DNA of 59,647 nucleotides from Candidatus Doudnabacteria bacterium (GTDB lineage Bacteria > Patescibacteriota > Dojkabacteria > J137 > JAEUSD01). The DNA lies in the NCBI GenBank assembly GCA_016788825.1, contig JAEUSD010000004.1:1-59647 (forward strand), read 5' to 3'. Below the pieces are notes generated by a model. That model was given only the letters and a program-made list of their open reading frames with translations. It had not been told where the DNA came from and did not search any database. Positions 29,535 through 38,875 of the stretch are shown in pieces. Made by a program: the position numbers and the translations under genes. Numbering within the stretch: position 1 is the first letter of the stretch; every line of letters begins with the position of its first letter.

Positions 29535-30239
29535 TTACTCCATAGTAATGGCCAAAGTTTCCCATGTCAACTTTTGGTTTCCGCCTGGCAGGGTAAGGAT
29601 TTTGTACGCAAGAAGGCAACTATCTAGCTGTGAATTTATCTTAATTCTCTTTTCTGGGTGAGAAATCCCCTCTTCGATTAGTCTTTTGATTAATTGTTTC
29701 ACAACTTCAAGCTGGTCTTTTTTATCTGGGAAGTCTTTTAAAACTTGTCCTGCTGTCTTGATTCTGGCTGTCACATCGGGGTGAATAAGTTGGGGAATTA
29801 CTTTCTCGTACTCGAGAGTCCCTACTTCTCCGCCTTCGAGATTGTGCACGATAACGCGCGATAGAATTGTCGCCAGCAAAGCGTGTGGCGAACGGGCAAG
29901 TAGCACAATTACCGTATCCGACCCCGGTTCTTCTAGTGTTTTTAGTAAGCTATTTTGTGCTTCCGTGGTGAGACTGTCGCTATTTTCGATCACTGCAAGC
30001 TTTAGAGGTGACTGAAAAGGTTTCAATTGGCTCCAGGCGGCAATTTTGTGAGTCTCCTCAACACCGATGCTTGCCTTGGTTTTTGCTATCAGGAGGAGGT
30101 CGGGATGGCTATCTGGCTGCAAAATTGCCGCCGCAGGTGCTGGCAGTATCTTAGCTAACTTTTCGCGGACTGCTTCGTTTAAAACTGGCGAATTTGTGAT
30201 CACCATCACACTAGGTAGATGCATACCTAATAGTAGCAT
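29535..30239 (-). CDS. holB: DNA polymerase III delta' subunit
   Basis: LLKTLEEPGSDTVIVLLA...LATILSRV clamp-loader motifs. Start chosen at 30239 or 30224, leaving a divergent promoter gap to pilB. Confidence 0.8.
   Translation of the reverse strand: MLLLGMHLPSVMVITNSPVLNEAVREKLAKILPAPAAAILQPDSHPDLLLIAKTKASIGVEETHKIAAWSQLKPFQSPLKLAVIENSDSLTTEAQNSLLKTLEEPGSDTVIVLLARSPHALLATILSRVIVHNLEGGEVGTLEYEKVIPQLIHPDVTARIKTAGQVLKDFPDKKDQLEVVKQLIKRLIEEGISHPEKRIKINSQLDSCLLAYKILTLPGGNQKLTWETLAITME
30148..30163. repeat. TTAGCTAA-family palindrome copy (TATCTTAGCTAACTTT)
   Basis: Inside holB (-), read as K-L-A-K-I. Confidence 0.9.
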
Positions 30240-30256
30240 GTAGTTTGATCCATAAA

Positions 30257-30285
30257 TTGACAATGCCTCCCTGATCTTATAGATT
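30257..30285 (+). promoter_or_regulatory. putative sigma70-type promoter of the pilus operon (TTGACA-17 nt-TAGATT)
   Basis: TTGACA at 30257-30262, a 17-nt spacer, TAGATT at 30280-30285, AGGAA RBS-like at 30290-30294, ATG at 30308. Confidence 0.45.
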
Positions 30286-30307
30286 GTGTAGGAACGTAAA
30301 GTAAAAT

Positions 30308-32116
30308 ATGCCCAACGACACTGCCCAGTTAGCACAATCTACCGCCCCCTCTTCTGCAAGTAATTCCGTGCGAGGTATCACGAATATTATGGATGCCCTG
30401 TATGCAAAGGGATTGATAGATGACGAGACCCTACGACGGGTGAAGTTTGAAAGTGTAACTACTGGTCTCCCCTACGAACAAATTATTGTAAGCAAAAATA
30501 TAGTTGATGAAGAAAAGCTTCAACGTACACGTGCTGAGATGTTTGGGATTGGGTATATCGATTTAAACTCAATCTCTATTCCGAGTGAGATCTTGACCCG
30601 TATCCCGATGGATATGGCGAGGGCAAACAACGTGGTAGCGTTTGAAGAAACCGCCAACCGTGTGAAAGTTGCAATGCTGGATCCACTGGATCTTCAGCGA
30701 GTGAGTTTTCTTGAATCGTACCTTAAGAAAAAGGTAGATGCTTATTACTCTACTAACCAGGCGATTCAAAGAATTATTGATACCAAGTATGGAACTCAGA
30801 TAAATGATGAGGTGACCGAGGCACTGGAAGATGTTGGAGTGCTCGATATCTCGAGGCAAGGTGCTACTTCTGATCTAAATGAAGCAGAAATTAATTCTGC
30901 CCCAGTGGCCAAAATCGTAAATATGATCTTGGACTATGCTATTAAACATCATGCTTCTGATGTACATATTGAGCCTAGAGAAGGAAAAGTAGCCGTCCGA
31001 TATCGAATTCATGGTATTTTGGCCGAGAAGCTGACCCTACCAAATACATTGGCACCTTCGGTGATATCGCGTATCAAAATCTTAGCTAATATGAAGATTG
31101 ATGAACACCGAATACCGCAAGACAATAGGTTTCAGGTAAAAAGCGATGGGAATGCTGTAGACATTCGTGTTTCGGTTATGCCGGCGATATACGGAGAGAA
31201 GGTTGTAATGAGGTTGTTGGAAAAAGGTGGTGGTGTAATAAGCCTTGAGGGGACTGGGTTACGTGGTCCAGCATTCAAAACCTATCGCGAATCGCTAGAT
31301 AAGACGCAAGGAATTATCTTGATCACCGGGCCAACTGGAAGTGGTAAAACACAAACACTTGCTAGTTCTCTGGCAATTCTGAATGATCAAGAAGTGAATA
31401 TTTTGACTATCGAGGATCCGGTAGAAATTCGCATTGATGGTATCACTCAGGTGCAGGTTAATCCTGAAGTTGGGCTAACTTTTGCCAGTGCTATGCGCGC
31501 ATTTTTACGTCAGGACCCAGATATCATCATGGTAGGGGAAATTCGTGATGCTGAAACAGCAAATTTGGCGGTTCAGGCGGCACTGACTGGTCACTTGGTA
31601 TTGGCTACTTTGCACACAAACAGTGCCGCCGGTGCATTGCCACGGTTACTGGATATGGGTATCCAACCTTTCCTGCTTTCTTCAACGATTAATGTGATTG
31701 TGGCTCAAAGGTTGGTGCGAAGGTTATGCGACGAGTGTAAGCAGGCAATCGACCCTACTCCGCAAGCAATGGAAATGTTGCACAAGGTGCTTGACCCGCT
31801 ACATGGTTTTGATATCAAGCTAGATTCTGCTGGCCAAAAAATCCACTTTGATTCTCAAACAGAACAGGTTAAACTATACAAGCCTGTTGGATGTCCGAAA
31901 TGTGGTGACTCTGGATATCTTGGCCGAGTAGGTATTTTCGAGTGCATGCGCTCTTCCGAAAAGATTGGACAGATGGTAGTCGGACAGGTTCCGGCGAGCG
32001 ATATCGAGAAGCAAGCGATCGCTGAGGGGATGATCACAATGGTCCAAGATGGAATGATGAAAGCAATTCAAGGAGTGACTACTTTGGAGGAAGTACTGAG
32101 GGTACAAAATACTTAA
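30308..32116 (+). CDS. pilB: type IV pilus assembly ATPase PilB (GspE family)
   Basis: T2SSE N-domain, Walker A GPTGSGKTQT, Asp/His boxes, tetracysteine CDEC...CPKCGDSG. Confidence 0.92.
   Translation: MPNDTAQLAQSTAPSSASNSVRGITNIMDALYAKGLIDDETLRRVKFESVTTGLPYEQIIVSKNIVDEEKLQRTRAEMFGIGYIDLNSISIPSEILTRIPMDMARANNVVAFEETANRVKVAMLDPLDLQRVSFLESYLKKKVDAYYSTNQAIQRIIDTKYGTQINDEVTEALEDVGVLDISRQGATSDLNEAEINSAPVAKIVNMILDYAIKHHASDVHIEPREGKVAVRYRIHGILAEKLTLPNTLAPSVISRIKILANMKIDEHRIPQDNRFQVKSDGNAVDIRVSVMPAIYGEKVVMRLLEKGGGVISLEGTGLRGPAFKTYRESLDKTQGIILITGPTGSGKTQTLASSLAILNDQEVNILTIEDPVEIRIDGITQVQVNPEVGLTFASAMRAFLRQDPDIIMVGEIRDAETANLAVQAALTGHLVLATLHTNSAAGALPRLLDMGIQPFLLSSTINVIVAQRLVRRLCDECKQAIDPTPQAMEMLHKVLDPLHGFDIKLDSAGQKIHFDSQTEQVKLYKPVGCPKCGDSGYLGRVGIFECMRSSEKIGQMVVGQVPASDIEKQAIAEGMITMVQDGMMKAIQGVTTLEEVLRVQNT
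31078..31093. repeat. TTAGCTAA-family palindrome copy (AATCTTAGCTAATATG)
   Basis: Inside pilB (+), read as I-L-A-N-M. Confidence 0.9.
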
Positions 32117-32118
32117 TA

Positions 32119-32134
32119 AAAGTTAGCTAACTTT
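32119..32134. repeat. perfect 16-nt palindrome AAAGTTAGCTAACTTT filling the pilB-pilT spacer (a copy of the TTAGCTAA motif family)
   Basis: Read directly. The pilB stop is 32114-32116 and the pilT ATG is 32137. No Shine-Dalgarno is present. Confidence 0.9.
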
Positions 32135-32136
32135 CT

Positions 32137-34209
32137 ATGCCATTCGTAAACTTAACAAATGATCAAGGGATGACCCCACAATCTGGTGCCACATCCCCTT
32201 CAACTGTATCGTCAGCGGCAACTGCTGCGACAAATCCGAGTGTTTCACAGTCTTTGCCCACTTTGCCACCTACTCCACAGCCTTTACCTGCAGTTGCCGA
32301 CCCTATTGCCCCTCAGATTCGAGAGATAAAAGGTCCAAGCTTTGAGACTAGCGGGACGACAGCTTTGGCTCCACAGCCAACTGATCCGATTCCACCAAAT
32401 AAATTGGCTGAAGATGATTTTGATACTAAGTTGGCAGAAATAAATGCCCAACTCGCAGATGTGATTCCTGGGGATTCGAGTGGTCAATTGCTCAAAGAAG
32501 AGTCTAAGCCAGCAGTGCCGTCTGCGACAGCTGCTCTTCCAGCAGAGAAAGAGATGCCTTTGGTTGAAGATAAGCCGTTGTCGGTCAAGCAAGACAAAGA
32601 AATCCCCAAGCCAGGAGGTGTGCTTGATCTACAAGCGAAAACCCCTGTATTGACGGAAGCTTCAAAACCGCAGTCTGCTGTCCCGGTAACAAATGCAGCC
32701 CCTGCTTCAAATATTCAAGACGACTTCGATATTGTAATTGGGACCGAACAAAAATCTAACACTGAATCTAGTTCGCCAATTGCTGAAAGTAAAAATTTGG
32801 TTGCACCTCTGCTGCCCGCTGTGCAACCAGCTGCTGACAGCCCGTTGGCGCCGGCGGTAAAATCTGAAGCTGCGGGATCGACCCCTCAGCCGGCGCCGGC
32901 AGCTAAGGTTCAAGAAAACTTAGCTAACATTTCTGGTGTGCCGGAAGTAAAGCCTGTTACACCAAACGAGGTCAAACCTGTGCGTAAGGAAGAACCCAAG
33001 CCTTTGCAGATTAGTCCAAAGCCAGCTCCCCGGGTTTCTTTGCCTCCTCTGCCCTCTGATGTAACTGTTCCACAGTATGAGAAAGAGAAACTGAATCAAT
33101 TAGAGGCCGATGTAAAGATTTCGTCTGAAAGTGGTTCTAAATTGGTGACGAAAGAATACTCGCTGGATGAAATACTTCGTCAGGCAGTAAATGCGGGAGC
33201 TTCAGATGTGCACCTAAATGCAAATTATCGTGCTGTTGCTAGGGTAAATGGCAAACTACTACCTCTCCAATCAGAAGTCTTGTCGAGTGAAAAGATCAAA
33301 AAAATGGTGGGACAAGTGATTGGGAACCATCGCGATGTAGACATGGACTCAGTGTTGGACCTAGATTTGGCTTATGTTTTGCCAAATAGCACGGCACGCT
33401 TTCGAGTAAATGTTTACAAGGAGCGTGATAGTCATGCTGCTGTATTTAGGCTTATCCCAGAAAGGATCCAAACGATCGAAGAATTGGGATTACCCCCACT
33501 ATTGAGGGAATTCTTAACTTTGGAACAAGGTTTGGTATTAGTTACGGGTGCGACAGGAAGTGGAAAAAGTACCACTATCGCTACACTGGTGAACGAAATC
33601 AATCTTAAACAACCAAAGCATATTGTCACAATTGAAGACCCGATTGAATATGTTTACCCTGTGGGTAATGCAGTCGTGAGTCAGCGAGCAGTTAACTCCG
33701 ACACAGAATCATGGGCCGCTGCTCTACGTTCGGTACTGCGTCAGGATCCAGATGTTGTAGTCATTGGGGAAATGCGTGACTTGGAGACTATCTCTGCAGC
33801 TCTGCGAGTGGCAGAAACTGGACACTTGGTGTTTGGTACCTTGCACACAAATAGTGCAGCGCAAAGCGTTGATAGAATTATTGATGTTTTCCCTGAATAC
33901 CAACAAAATCAGATACGCACTCAGTTGGCTAATGTGCTGACAGCTGTGGTTTCACAGAAGTTGGTTCCTGTTGCTGGGGGAAGATTGCGGGTTGCGGTTG
34001 AAATTATGCTGGTGAACTCTGCTGTGCGTGCAGCAATTCGCGAAAATCGCGTTTACCAGATAGATAATATGATCCAAACGAGTGCCGAGGAAGGGATGAT
34101 AAGCATGGAGAAGTCTTTGATCGAATTTGTACATCAGGGTTTGATTTCTCCTGAGGTGGCACAGCAATTTGCCAACAAGCCTAGCGATTTATTAGCTTTG
34201 CTGAGATAA
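32137..34209 (+). CDS. pilT: PilT-type pilus retraction ATPase with a roughly 335-aa Pro/Ala/Ser-rich N-terminal extension
   Basis: The C-terminal 350 aa are a canonical PilT core (ASDVHL, Walker A GATGSGKST, VIGEMRD, GHLVFGTLHTNSA). The first 335 codons or so are an open, low-complexity frame. Confidence 0.85.
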   Translation: MPFVNLTNDQGMTPQSGATSPSTVSSAATAATNPSVSQSLPTLPPTPQPLPAVADPIAPQIREIKGPSFETSGTTALAPQPTDPIPPNKLAEDDFDTKLAEINAQLADVIPGDSSGQLLKEESKPAVPSATAALPAEKEMPLVEDKPLSVKQDKEIPKPGGVLDLQAKTPVLTEASKPQSAVPVTNAAPASNIQDDFDIVIGTEQKSNTESSSPIAESKNLVAPLLPAVQPAADSPLAPAVKSEAAGSTPQPAPAAKVQENLANISGVPEVKPVTPNEVKPVRKEEPKPLQISPKPAPRVSLPPLPSDVTVPQYEKEKLNQLEADVKISSESGSKLVTKEYSLDEILRQAVNAGASDVHLNANYRAVARVNGKLLPLQSEVLSSEKIKKMVGQVIGNHRDVDMDSVLDLDLAYVLPNSTARFRVNVYKERDSHAAVFRLIPERIQTIEELGLPPLLREFLTLEQGLVLVTGATGSGKSTTIATLVNEINLKQPKHIVTIEDPIEYVYPVGNAVVSQRAVNSDTESWAAALRSVLRQDPDVVVIGEMRDLETISAALRVAETGHLVFGTLHTNSAAQSVDRIIDVFPEYQQNQIRTQLANVLTAVVSQKLVPVAGGRLRVAVEIMLVNSAVRAAIRENRVYQIDNMIQTSAEEGMISMEKSLIEFVHQGLISPEVAQQFANKPSDLLALLR
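32916..32931. repeat. TTAGCTAA-family palindrome copy (AAACTTAGCTAACATT)
   Basis: Inside the pilT N-terminal extension (+), read as N-L-A-N-I. Confidence 0.9.
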
Positions 34210-34212
34210 CAT

Positions 34213-35433
34213 ATGGCGGAATTTAGCTACATTGCAGTTACCAAAAAAGGCCAGAAAGTGACTGGGACGCGTGAGTCAGACAGCCGTGATGAAGTCGCTA
34301 AATTCCTGCACCAGCAAGATCTGACAGTGATATCCATAGATGAGAACTTAGGTTTGGATTTTAAGCGTCTGGGGAGTATTCAGATAGGGGGAGTTCCCCT
34401 CAAGGAGCGCGTTCTGTTTGTAAAACAATTCTCAACGATGTTGAGTGCGGGGCTCCCGATCATCCAGGCTTTAGATATTTTGGTACAGCAGACTGAAAAC
34501 CAGTTTCTGCGTGAGAAGTTGGTGAAAGTCTACCGTGCAGTTGAATCTGGTAGTGCTCTATCCGATGCATTCCGCAAAGAGAAATCCATATTTTCTGAAC
34601 TACAAATAAGTTTAATCGTGGCTGGAGAGAAAAGTGGTACTTTGAACGAAGTAATGGCTCAGGTTGCAATAGATCTTGAGAAATCTAAGCAATTGAGGTC
34701 AAAATTGATTGGCGCGATGATCTACCCCGTGATATTGATGATAGTGATGGTTGGTGTGTTTATTATGTTGCTTTTGTTTATGATCCCTACGGTGAAGACG
34801 TTGTATGCGGATTTTGGCGTGGAGGAACTGCCGACGATCACGGCAATTCTTGTCTCAATGAGTGATGCAATCAGCAACCCGGTGGGGATTCTGACGCTAC
34901 TTCTGCTTGTGGTCTTTGGTTTTGTTGGATTTCGATATGTGCGTTCAACTCAGTACGGTAGGTACGCAATAGACAAGTTTTTGCTCAAAATCCCTGTGTT
35001 TGGCCAGTTAATTGTCAAGGCGGAGTTGGCTCAGTTCAATCGATTGTTGTCGATGTTGCTCAAAAACGGAATTTCTATCGTTGAAGCACTGCGCATAATT
35101 TCTAATTCTATGTCCAACGTTGTGTACAAGAAAGAGGTACTAAATTCTGTAGATGAAGTTGTCAAAGGTAACCCGCTCTCTTTGGTCTTGGCTAAGGGGA
35201 ATGTGTTTCCAATAATTATGGTGAAGATGCTTTCCACAGGGGAAGAAACGGGAAAAATAGATAAGATTTCAGGAGATATGGCGATTTACTACGAAACAGA
35301 ATTGAATGAGCTGACGGCTAATTTGACAAAGCTTATTGAACCTTTTATCCTTTTAGGTGTAGGGGGGTTGGTTGGTTTTATGGCGATTGCCGTTTATTTA
35401 CCCCTTTACCAATTGGGGCAATATATACAATAA
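34213..35433 (+). CDS. pilC: type IV pilus platform protein PilC (GspF family)
   Basis: Duplicated GspF domain, three TM segments, position after pilB/pilT. Confidence 0.9.
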   Translation: MAEFSYIAVTKKGQKVTGTRESDSRDEVAKFLHQQDLTVISIDENLGLDFKRLGSIQIGGVPLKERVLFVKQFSTMLSAGLPIIQALDILVQQTENQFLREKLVKVYRAVESGSALSDAFRKEKSIFSELQISLIVAGEKSGTLNEVMAQVAIDLEKSKQLRSKLIGAMIYPVILMIVMVGVFIMLLLFMIPTVKTLYADFGVEELPTITAILVSMSDAISNPVGILTLLLLVVFGFVGFRYVRSTQYGRYAIDKFLLKIPVFGQLIVKAELAQFNRLLSMLLKNGISIVEALRIISNSMSNVVYKKEVLNSVDEVVKGNPLSLVLAKGNVFPIIMVKMLSTGEETGKIDKISGDMAIYYETELNELTANLTKLIEPFILLGVGGLVGFMAIAVYLPLYQLGQYIQ

Positions 35434-35468
35434 TATATATAGGCATTTTTATTTATTATTTACCAAAC

Positions 35469-35921
35469 ATGCGCGTCGAGAAAGCCAACAAAGGTAAGAA
35501 AGCATTTACCTTAGTTGAATTGATGGTCGTAATGGCTATCATTGCGGTATTGATGGGATTAGCAGCGTTTGGTATTGCCACTGCCTTACGTGTCTTGAGG
35601 GATAACCAAAGACGCGATTCAGTACGCAATATCGCCGTTGCGTTGAATGCATATTATGCAGACAACTCACGCTACCCAACTACCATTACTTTGTCTACTA
35701 CAGCATTTACTGTAGCAACAGGGTATGTTGTGCCACTTGCAGGCGTAGCTCAGGCTACCAACAATGCCACACCTAACGCTAACGGTACAGCTTACTGCTA
35801 CTCTACAACCACTGATGGTTTTAGGTTAGGTGCTAAGTTGGAGACATCGACTTGGTTTATGATGGGTTCTGCATCTACAGTGACTCCATGCACTGATGCA
35901 AACATAATTACCCCAACATAA
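35469..35921 (+). CDS. pilA: type IV prepilin, probable major pilin
   Basis: Class III signal: KGKKA|FTLVELMVVMAIIAVL with Glu+5. 150 aa. First pilin after pilC. Confidence 0.8.
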   Translation: MRVEKANKGKKAFTLVELMVVMAIIAVLMGLAAFGIATALRVLRDNQRRDSVRNIAVALNAYYADNSRYPTTITLSTTAFTVATGYVVPLAGVAQATNNATPNANGTAYCYSTTTDGFRLGAKLETSTWFMMGSASTVTPCTDANIITPT

Positions 35922-35933
35922 TCTTGGTTTAGA

Positions 35934-36350
35934 ATGAAACGAGACCACCGCTGGTACGCATTTAGCCTTATTGAGCTTACTGCAGTATTAGCGGTGGTTG
36001 CTATTTTGGCCGCCATAGGTTTGTATGCTGGAGCAACTGCTCAAAGCACCGCTCGTGACGAGCAACGCAAGGCTATATCGGCAAAAATAGTATCCAATAT
36101 TGATGCTTTCTTCCGAGATAACGGTTTCTATCCTAGTCATCAGTACGATGTTGCGTGGACATCAAACCAATTGACAATTGGTCCCCGCACTATCCCATTA
36201 ACTGGTGCTCTGTCGTATTCGAATACTACTACAAATGCAACGGTCACAAGGTATTTTTACCAGAGTGCATCTGTTGGATATGTCCTGTGTGTGGGGCGTG
36301 AATCTGGGGGATGGATCCGGACGGGATTTGCTAATATAAATTGTCCTTAA
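35934..36350 (+). CDS. type IV prepilin-like protein
   Basis: WYA|FSLIELTAVLAVVAILAAIG N-terminal methylation-type motif. Confidence 0.7.
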   Translation: MKRDHRWYAFSLIELTAVLAVVAILAAIGLYAGATAQSTARDEQRKAISAKIVSNIDAFFRDNGFYPSHQYDVAWTSNQLTIGPRTIPLTGALSYSNTTTNATVTRYFYQSASVGYVLCVGRESGGWIRTGFANINCP

Positions 36351-37210
36351 ATTTTGCTTCAAATAGTTTTATGGAAGTCTTATTACCAATTGTAATTTTG
36401 CTTGTCGGGCCTGTGGCAGCTAGCTACATGGCTGCGTATGTGATGAGAGATAACAAGCTGACACAGGCCCGAGAGGCCCGTTCACAATGTGATGGCTGTG
36501 GGCGAACTTTAAAGTGGTATGAATTGGTTCCTCTATTCTCTTACCCATTGCTACGTGGGAAATGTGCGACATGTGGGCACAAGATTGACCCACGCATTTG
36601 GTTGGCTGAATTATGGGGTTTGGTGATCTTTTTGGTTTTGGCGATTGGGGTAAATAAAATGTTGGCTACTGTCTCTGGGCAAGAGGCGATAATTTATACC
36701 GCTGTGGGGACATTCTTTTGTTTGGTGTTATTGTACCTTAGCGTTTACGACTTATTCACTTTTTCGATTCCGACTGAGATGACGCGTTGGGCTGTGGGGG
36801 CCGCGATTTTGGCCAACGTGCTTTTCGCTGGCCTGAGGGCGTTCAACGCGGCCCCGCTCGCAGCTGTTCATATTGGTTATCCGGACAATTTGTTGATGGC
36901 ACTAATTGCTGGGGGTTTCTTCTGGGCGATTATTCGGCTGACTAGACAAAAAGGGATGGGGATCGGAGACGTAATCTTGGCCGTAATAATCGCCTCGCTG
37001 CTTGGGTGGCCGGCCACAGTGTCCGCCTTCTACACAATGCTGATATCTGCCGCCGTGGCCGGTCTGCTCTGGGCTATCTTCAAAGGTAAATTGCGTGGAA
37101 CAATTATTCCGCTGGTGCCATTCATGACCCTTGGATTTGTGGTAGCATATGTATGGGGAATTGAAATTTTTAATCTACTCTTCCAGTGGCCCGGAACAAA
37201 TCTTTTTTGA
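36341..37210 (+). CDS. pilD: prepilin peptidase / N-methyltransferase (A24 family, PilD)
   Basis: Cys box CDGCG...CATCG, catalytic Asp regions (LSVYDLFTFSIP and GMGIGDVIL), polytopic. The start could instead be 36371. Confidence 0.85.
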   Translation: MSLNFASNSFMEVLLPIVILLVGPVAASYMAAYVMRDNKLTQAREARSQCDGCGRTLKWYELVPLFSYPLLRGKCATCGHKIDPRIWLAELWGLVIFLVLAIGVNKMLATVSGQEAIIYTAVGTFFCLVLLYLSVYDLFTFSIPTEMTRWAVGAAILANVLFAGLRAFNAAPLAAVHIGYPDNLLMALIAGGFFWAIIRLTRQKGMGIGDVILAVIIASLLGWPATVSAFYTMLISAAVAGLLWAIFKGKLRGTIIPLVPFMTLGFVVAYVWGIEIFNLLFQWPGTNLF

Positions 37211-37773
37211 AGGCGTTTACGTTAGTTGAAATCATGGTGGTGATGGCAATAATTGCTACGCTGCTTGTGGTTGGTATCGGTTCTTTTTCCCTACTCAGAA
37301 ACAGCGTTGAGCTCGACCAAGCTACGAATGAATTTATTTCCATTATTCGGACAATGCAAAACCGTGCTAGGAATTCGGCCACTAGTGCGGTCTTGGCTGC
37401 GCTTAACCCAAGTAATCCCCTGTTAGCTCGAGTAGACGGCTTCGCAGTGTACATAGATAGTACATCGCAGTACTCTCTTCGCTACTGCTTCGCCACAGCT
37501 GGTACAGGTACCACAACCTACAATTGTTCTGGCTACGAGCTGCCCAATGCCAAACCGGCTACTTATAGCAATATTACAGTTCAGGCCGTGGGTGGCGGAA
37601 GCTGTACTGGGATAGTTTTTGACAAATTGAGTGGGGACATTAGCGGTATATCCTCGCCCAACGCTACAGCTGTGGATACAGGGACTTGTCGGTATCGTCT
37701 GACACACAGTCTGCTATTGAGCTATCGTGAAATTTTGGTTAACCTGGCAAGTAATAACATCCAGATTTTGTAA
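37186..37773 (+). CDS. type IV prepilin-like protein (minor pilin)
   Basis: LKA|FTLVEIMVVMAIIATLLVVG N-terminal motif. Confidence 0.75.
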   Translation: MARNKSFLKAFTLVEIMVVMAIIATLLVVGIGSFSLLRNSVELDQATNEFISIIRTMQNRARNSATSAVLAALNPSNPLLARVDGFAVYIDSTSQYSLRYCFATAGTGTTTYNCSGYELPNAKPATYSNITVQAVGGGSCTGIVFDKLSGDISGISSPNATAVDTGTCRYRLTHSLLLSYREILVNLASNNIQIL

Positions 37774-37775
37774 TT

Positions 37776-38315
37776 ATGCTGACACAGCCCATCCGTTTAC
37801 GCAAAGCCTTTGGCCTGCTTGAGGTACTGATTGTGCTTGCTATTGCTGCGACTACTATGTTGGCGGCCACGCAAATCGCTTTGGATGGTTTTCGCTCTAT
37901 TAAATTGAATGAAGTACTGGATTATGCCAATGGGCTTATGCTACAGGCACTAGAGATTGCCAAAAGTCCAACAGATGTTGAGATAGTCGCGGGTACTCAA
38001 CCTACCAATTTTGAAGCAAGTTACAGATTAACTACCAATTCAGCGGGCAAAGCAGTTATGTCAGTTGTAACCACGTCAACTACTCCACTTACGGTAGCCA
38101 ATTGTTCGACATCTTCACCCTATTTCGTAGACGCAAATATCCCTAACATTACAGATCCTATCATCTGTCTACAATTGACGGTCACGCAGCGTACAAATTT
38201 CGGACAGGTATATTACGAAATCCGTTCTCGACTCGTTTACAATCTCAATGGGTCACAGAATGAGCGGCAGATAATAGGTTATCGCCGAGATGGATTCAAA
38301 TTTACACAATTATGA
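37776..38315 (+). CDS. type IV prepilin-like protein (minor pilin)
   Basis: RKA|FGLLEVLIVLAIAATTML N-terminal motif. Confidence 0.7.
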   Translation: MLTQPIRLRKAFGLLEVLIVLAIAATTMLAATQIALDGFRSIKLNEVLDYANGLMLQALEIAKSPTDVEIVAGTQPTNFEASYRLTTNSAGKAVMSVVTTSTTPLTVANCSTSSPYFVDANIPNITDPIICLQLTVTQRTNFGQVYYEIRSRLVYNLNGSQNERQIIGYRRDGFKFTQL

Positions 38316-38875
38316 GGACAAAACCTAGCAATAAAAAGTTAGCTAACATTTCTCTTGAGGCATTTTCACTGATGGAGATGGTAGTCACCATGGCTATAAT
38401 CGCTATCATTATGGTGATGTTGTCCAATGTGCTGATCAATTCGATTGTGATCTCTCAAAGAAGTATTGCACGCAGCTTTATTCGAGAAGAGGTCGCAACA
38501 GTGCTAGATTTGATCGCGATTGATATCCGCAAGGCCACGACAATAGGCGCATGCGACGGTAGTTTACTTGCCGCAAACTGTGATTTCGTGATCGGTACAG
38601 CCTACTCTTGGGAAATGTGTGATGATCCTGGTGGCTCGACAGTCAAAGTGATTTGCAAAAGAGATGCTCAAGGCAATATACTTTATTCGACATCGCCCAG
38701 CTTACAGATAGACACGTTCAGATTTGAACAAGGATATGGGTTAGTGGGTTCTGCTAGAGAAAGGAATGTGTTGGTGACCATTGTAGGGAGCCATGTAAAT
38801 ACGAAATTGTCTATTCGAAATGTGGTGAGCCAAGTGGCAATATCCAGTAGAAACTATTACTTAATTGCAAGGTAA
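38312..38875 (+). CDS. type IV prepilin-like protein (minor pilin)
   Basis: LEA|FSLMEMVVTMAIIAIIMV motif. ATGA overlap with the upstream gene. Confidence 0.7.
   Translation: MRTKPSNKKLANISLEAFSLMEMVVTMAIIAIIMVMLSNVLINSIVISQRSIARSFIREEVATVLDLIAIDIRKATTIGACDGSLLAANCDFVIGTAYSWEMCDDPGGSTVKVICKRDAQGNILYSTSPSLQIDTFRFEQGYGLVGSARERNVLVTIVGSHVNTKLSIRNVVSQVAISSRNYYLIAR
38335..38350. repeat. TTAGCTAA-family palindrome copy (AAAGTTAGCTAACATT)
   Basis: Inside the minor pilin leader (+), read as K-L-A-N-I. 19 of 20 nt are identical to the 32916 copy, flanks included. Confidence 0.9.
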
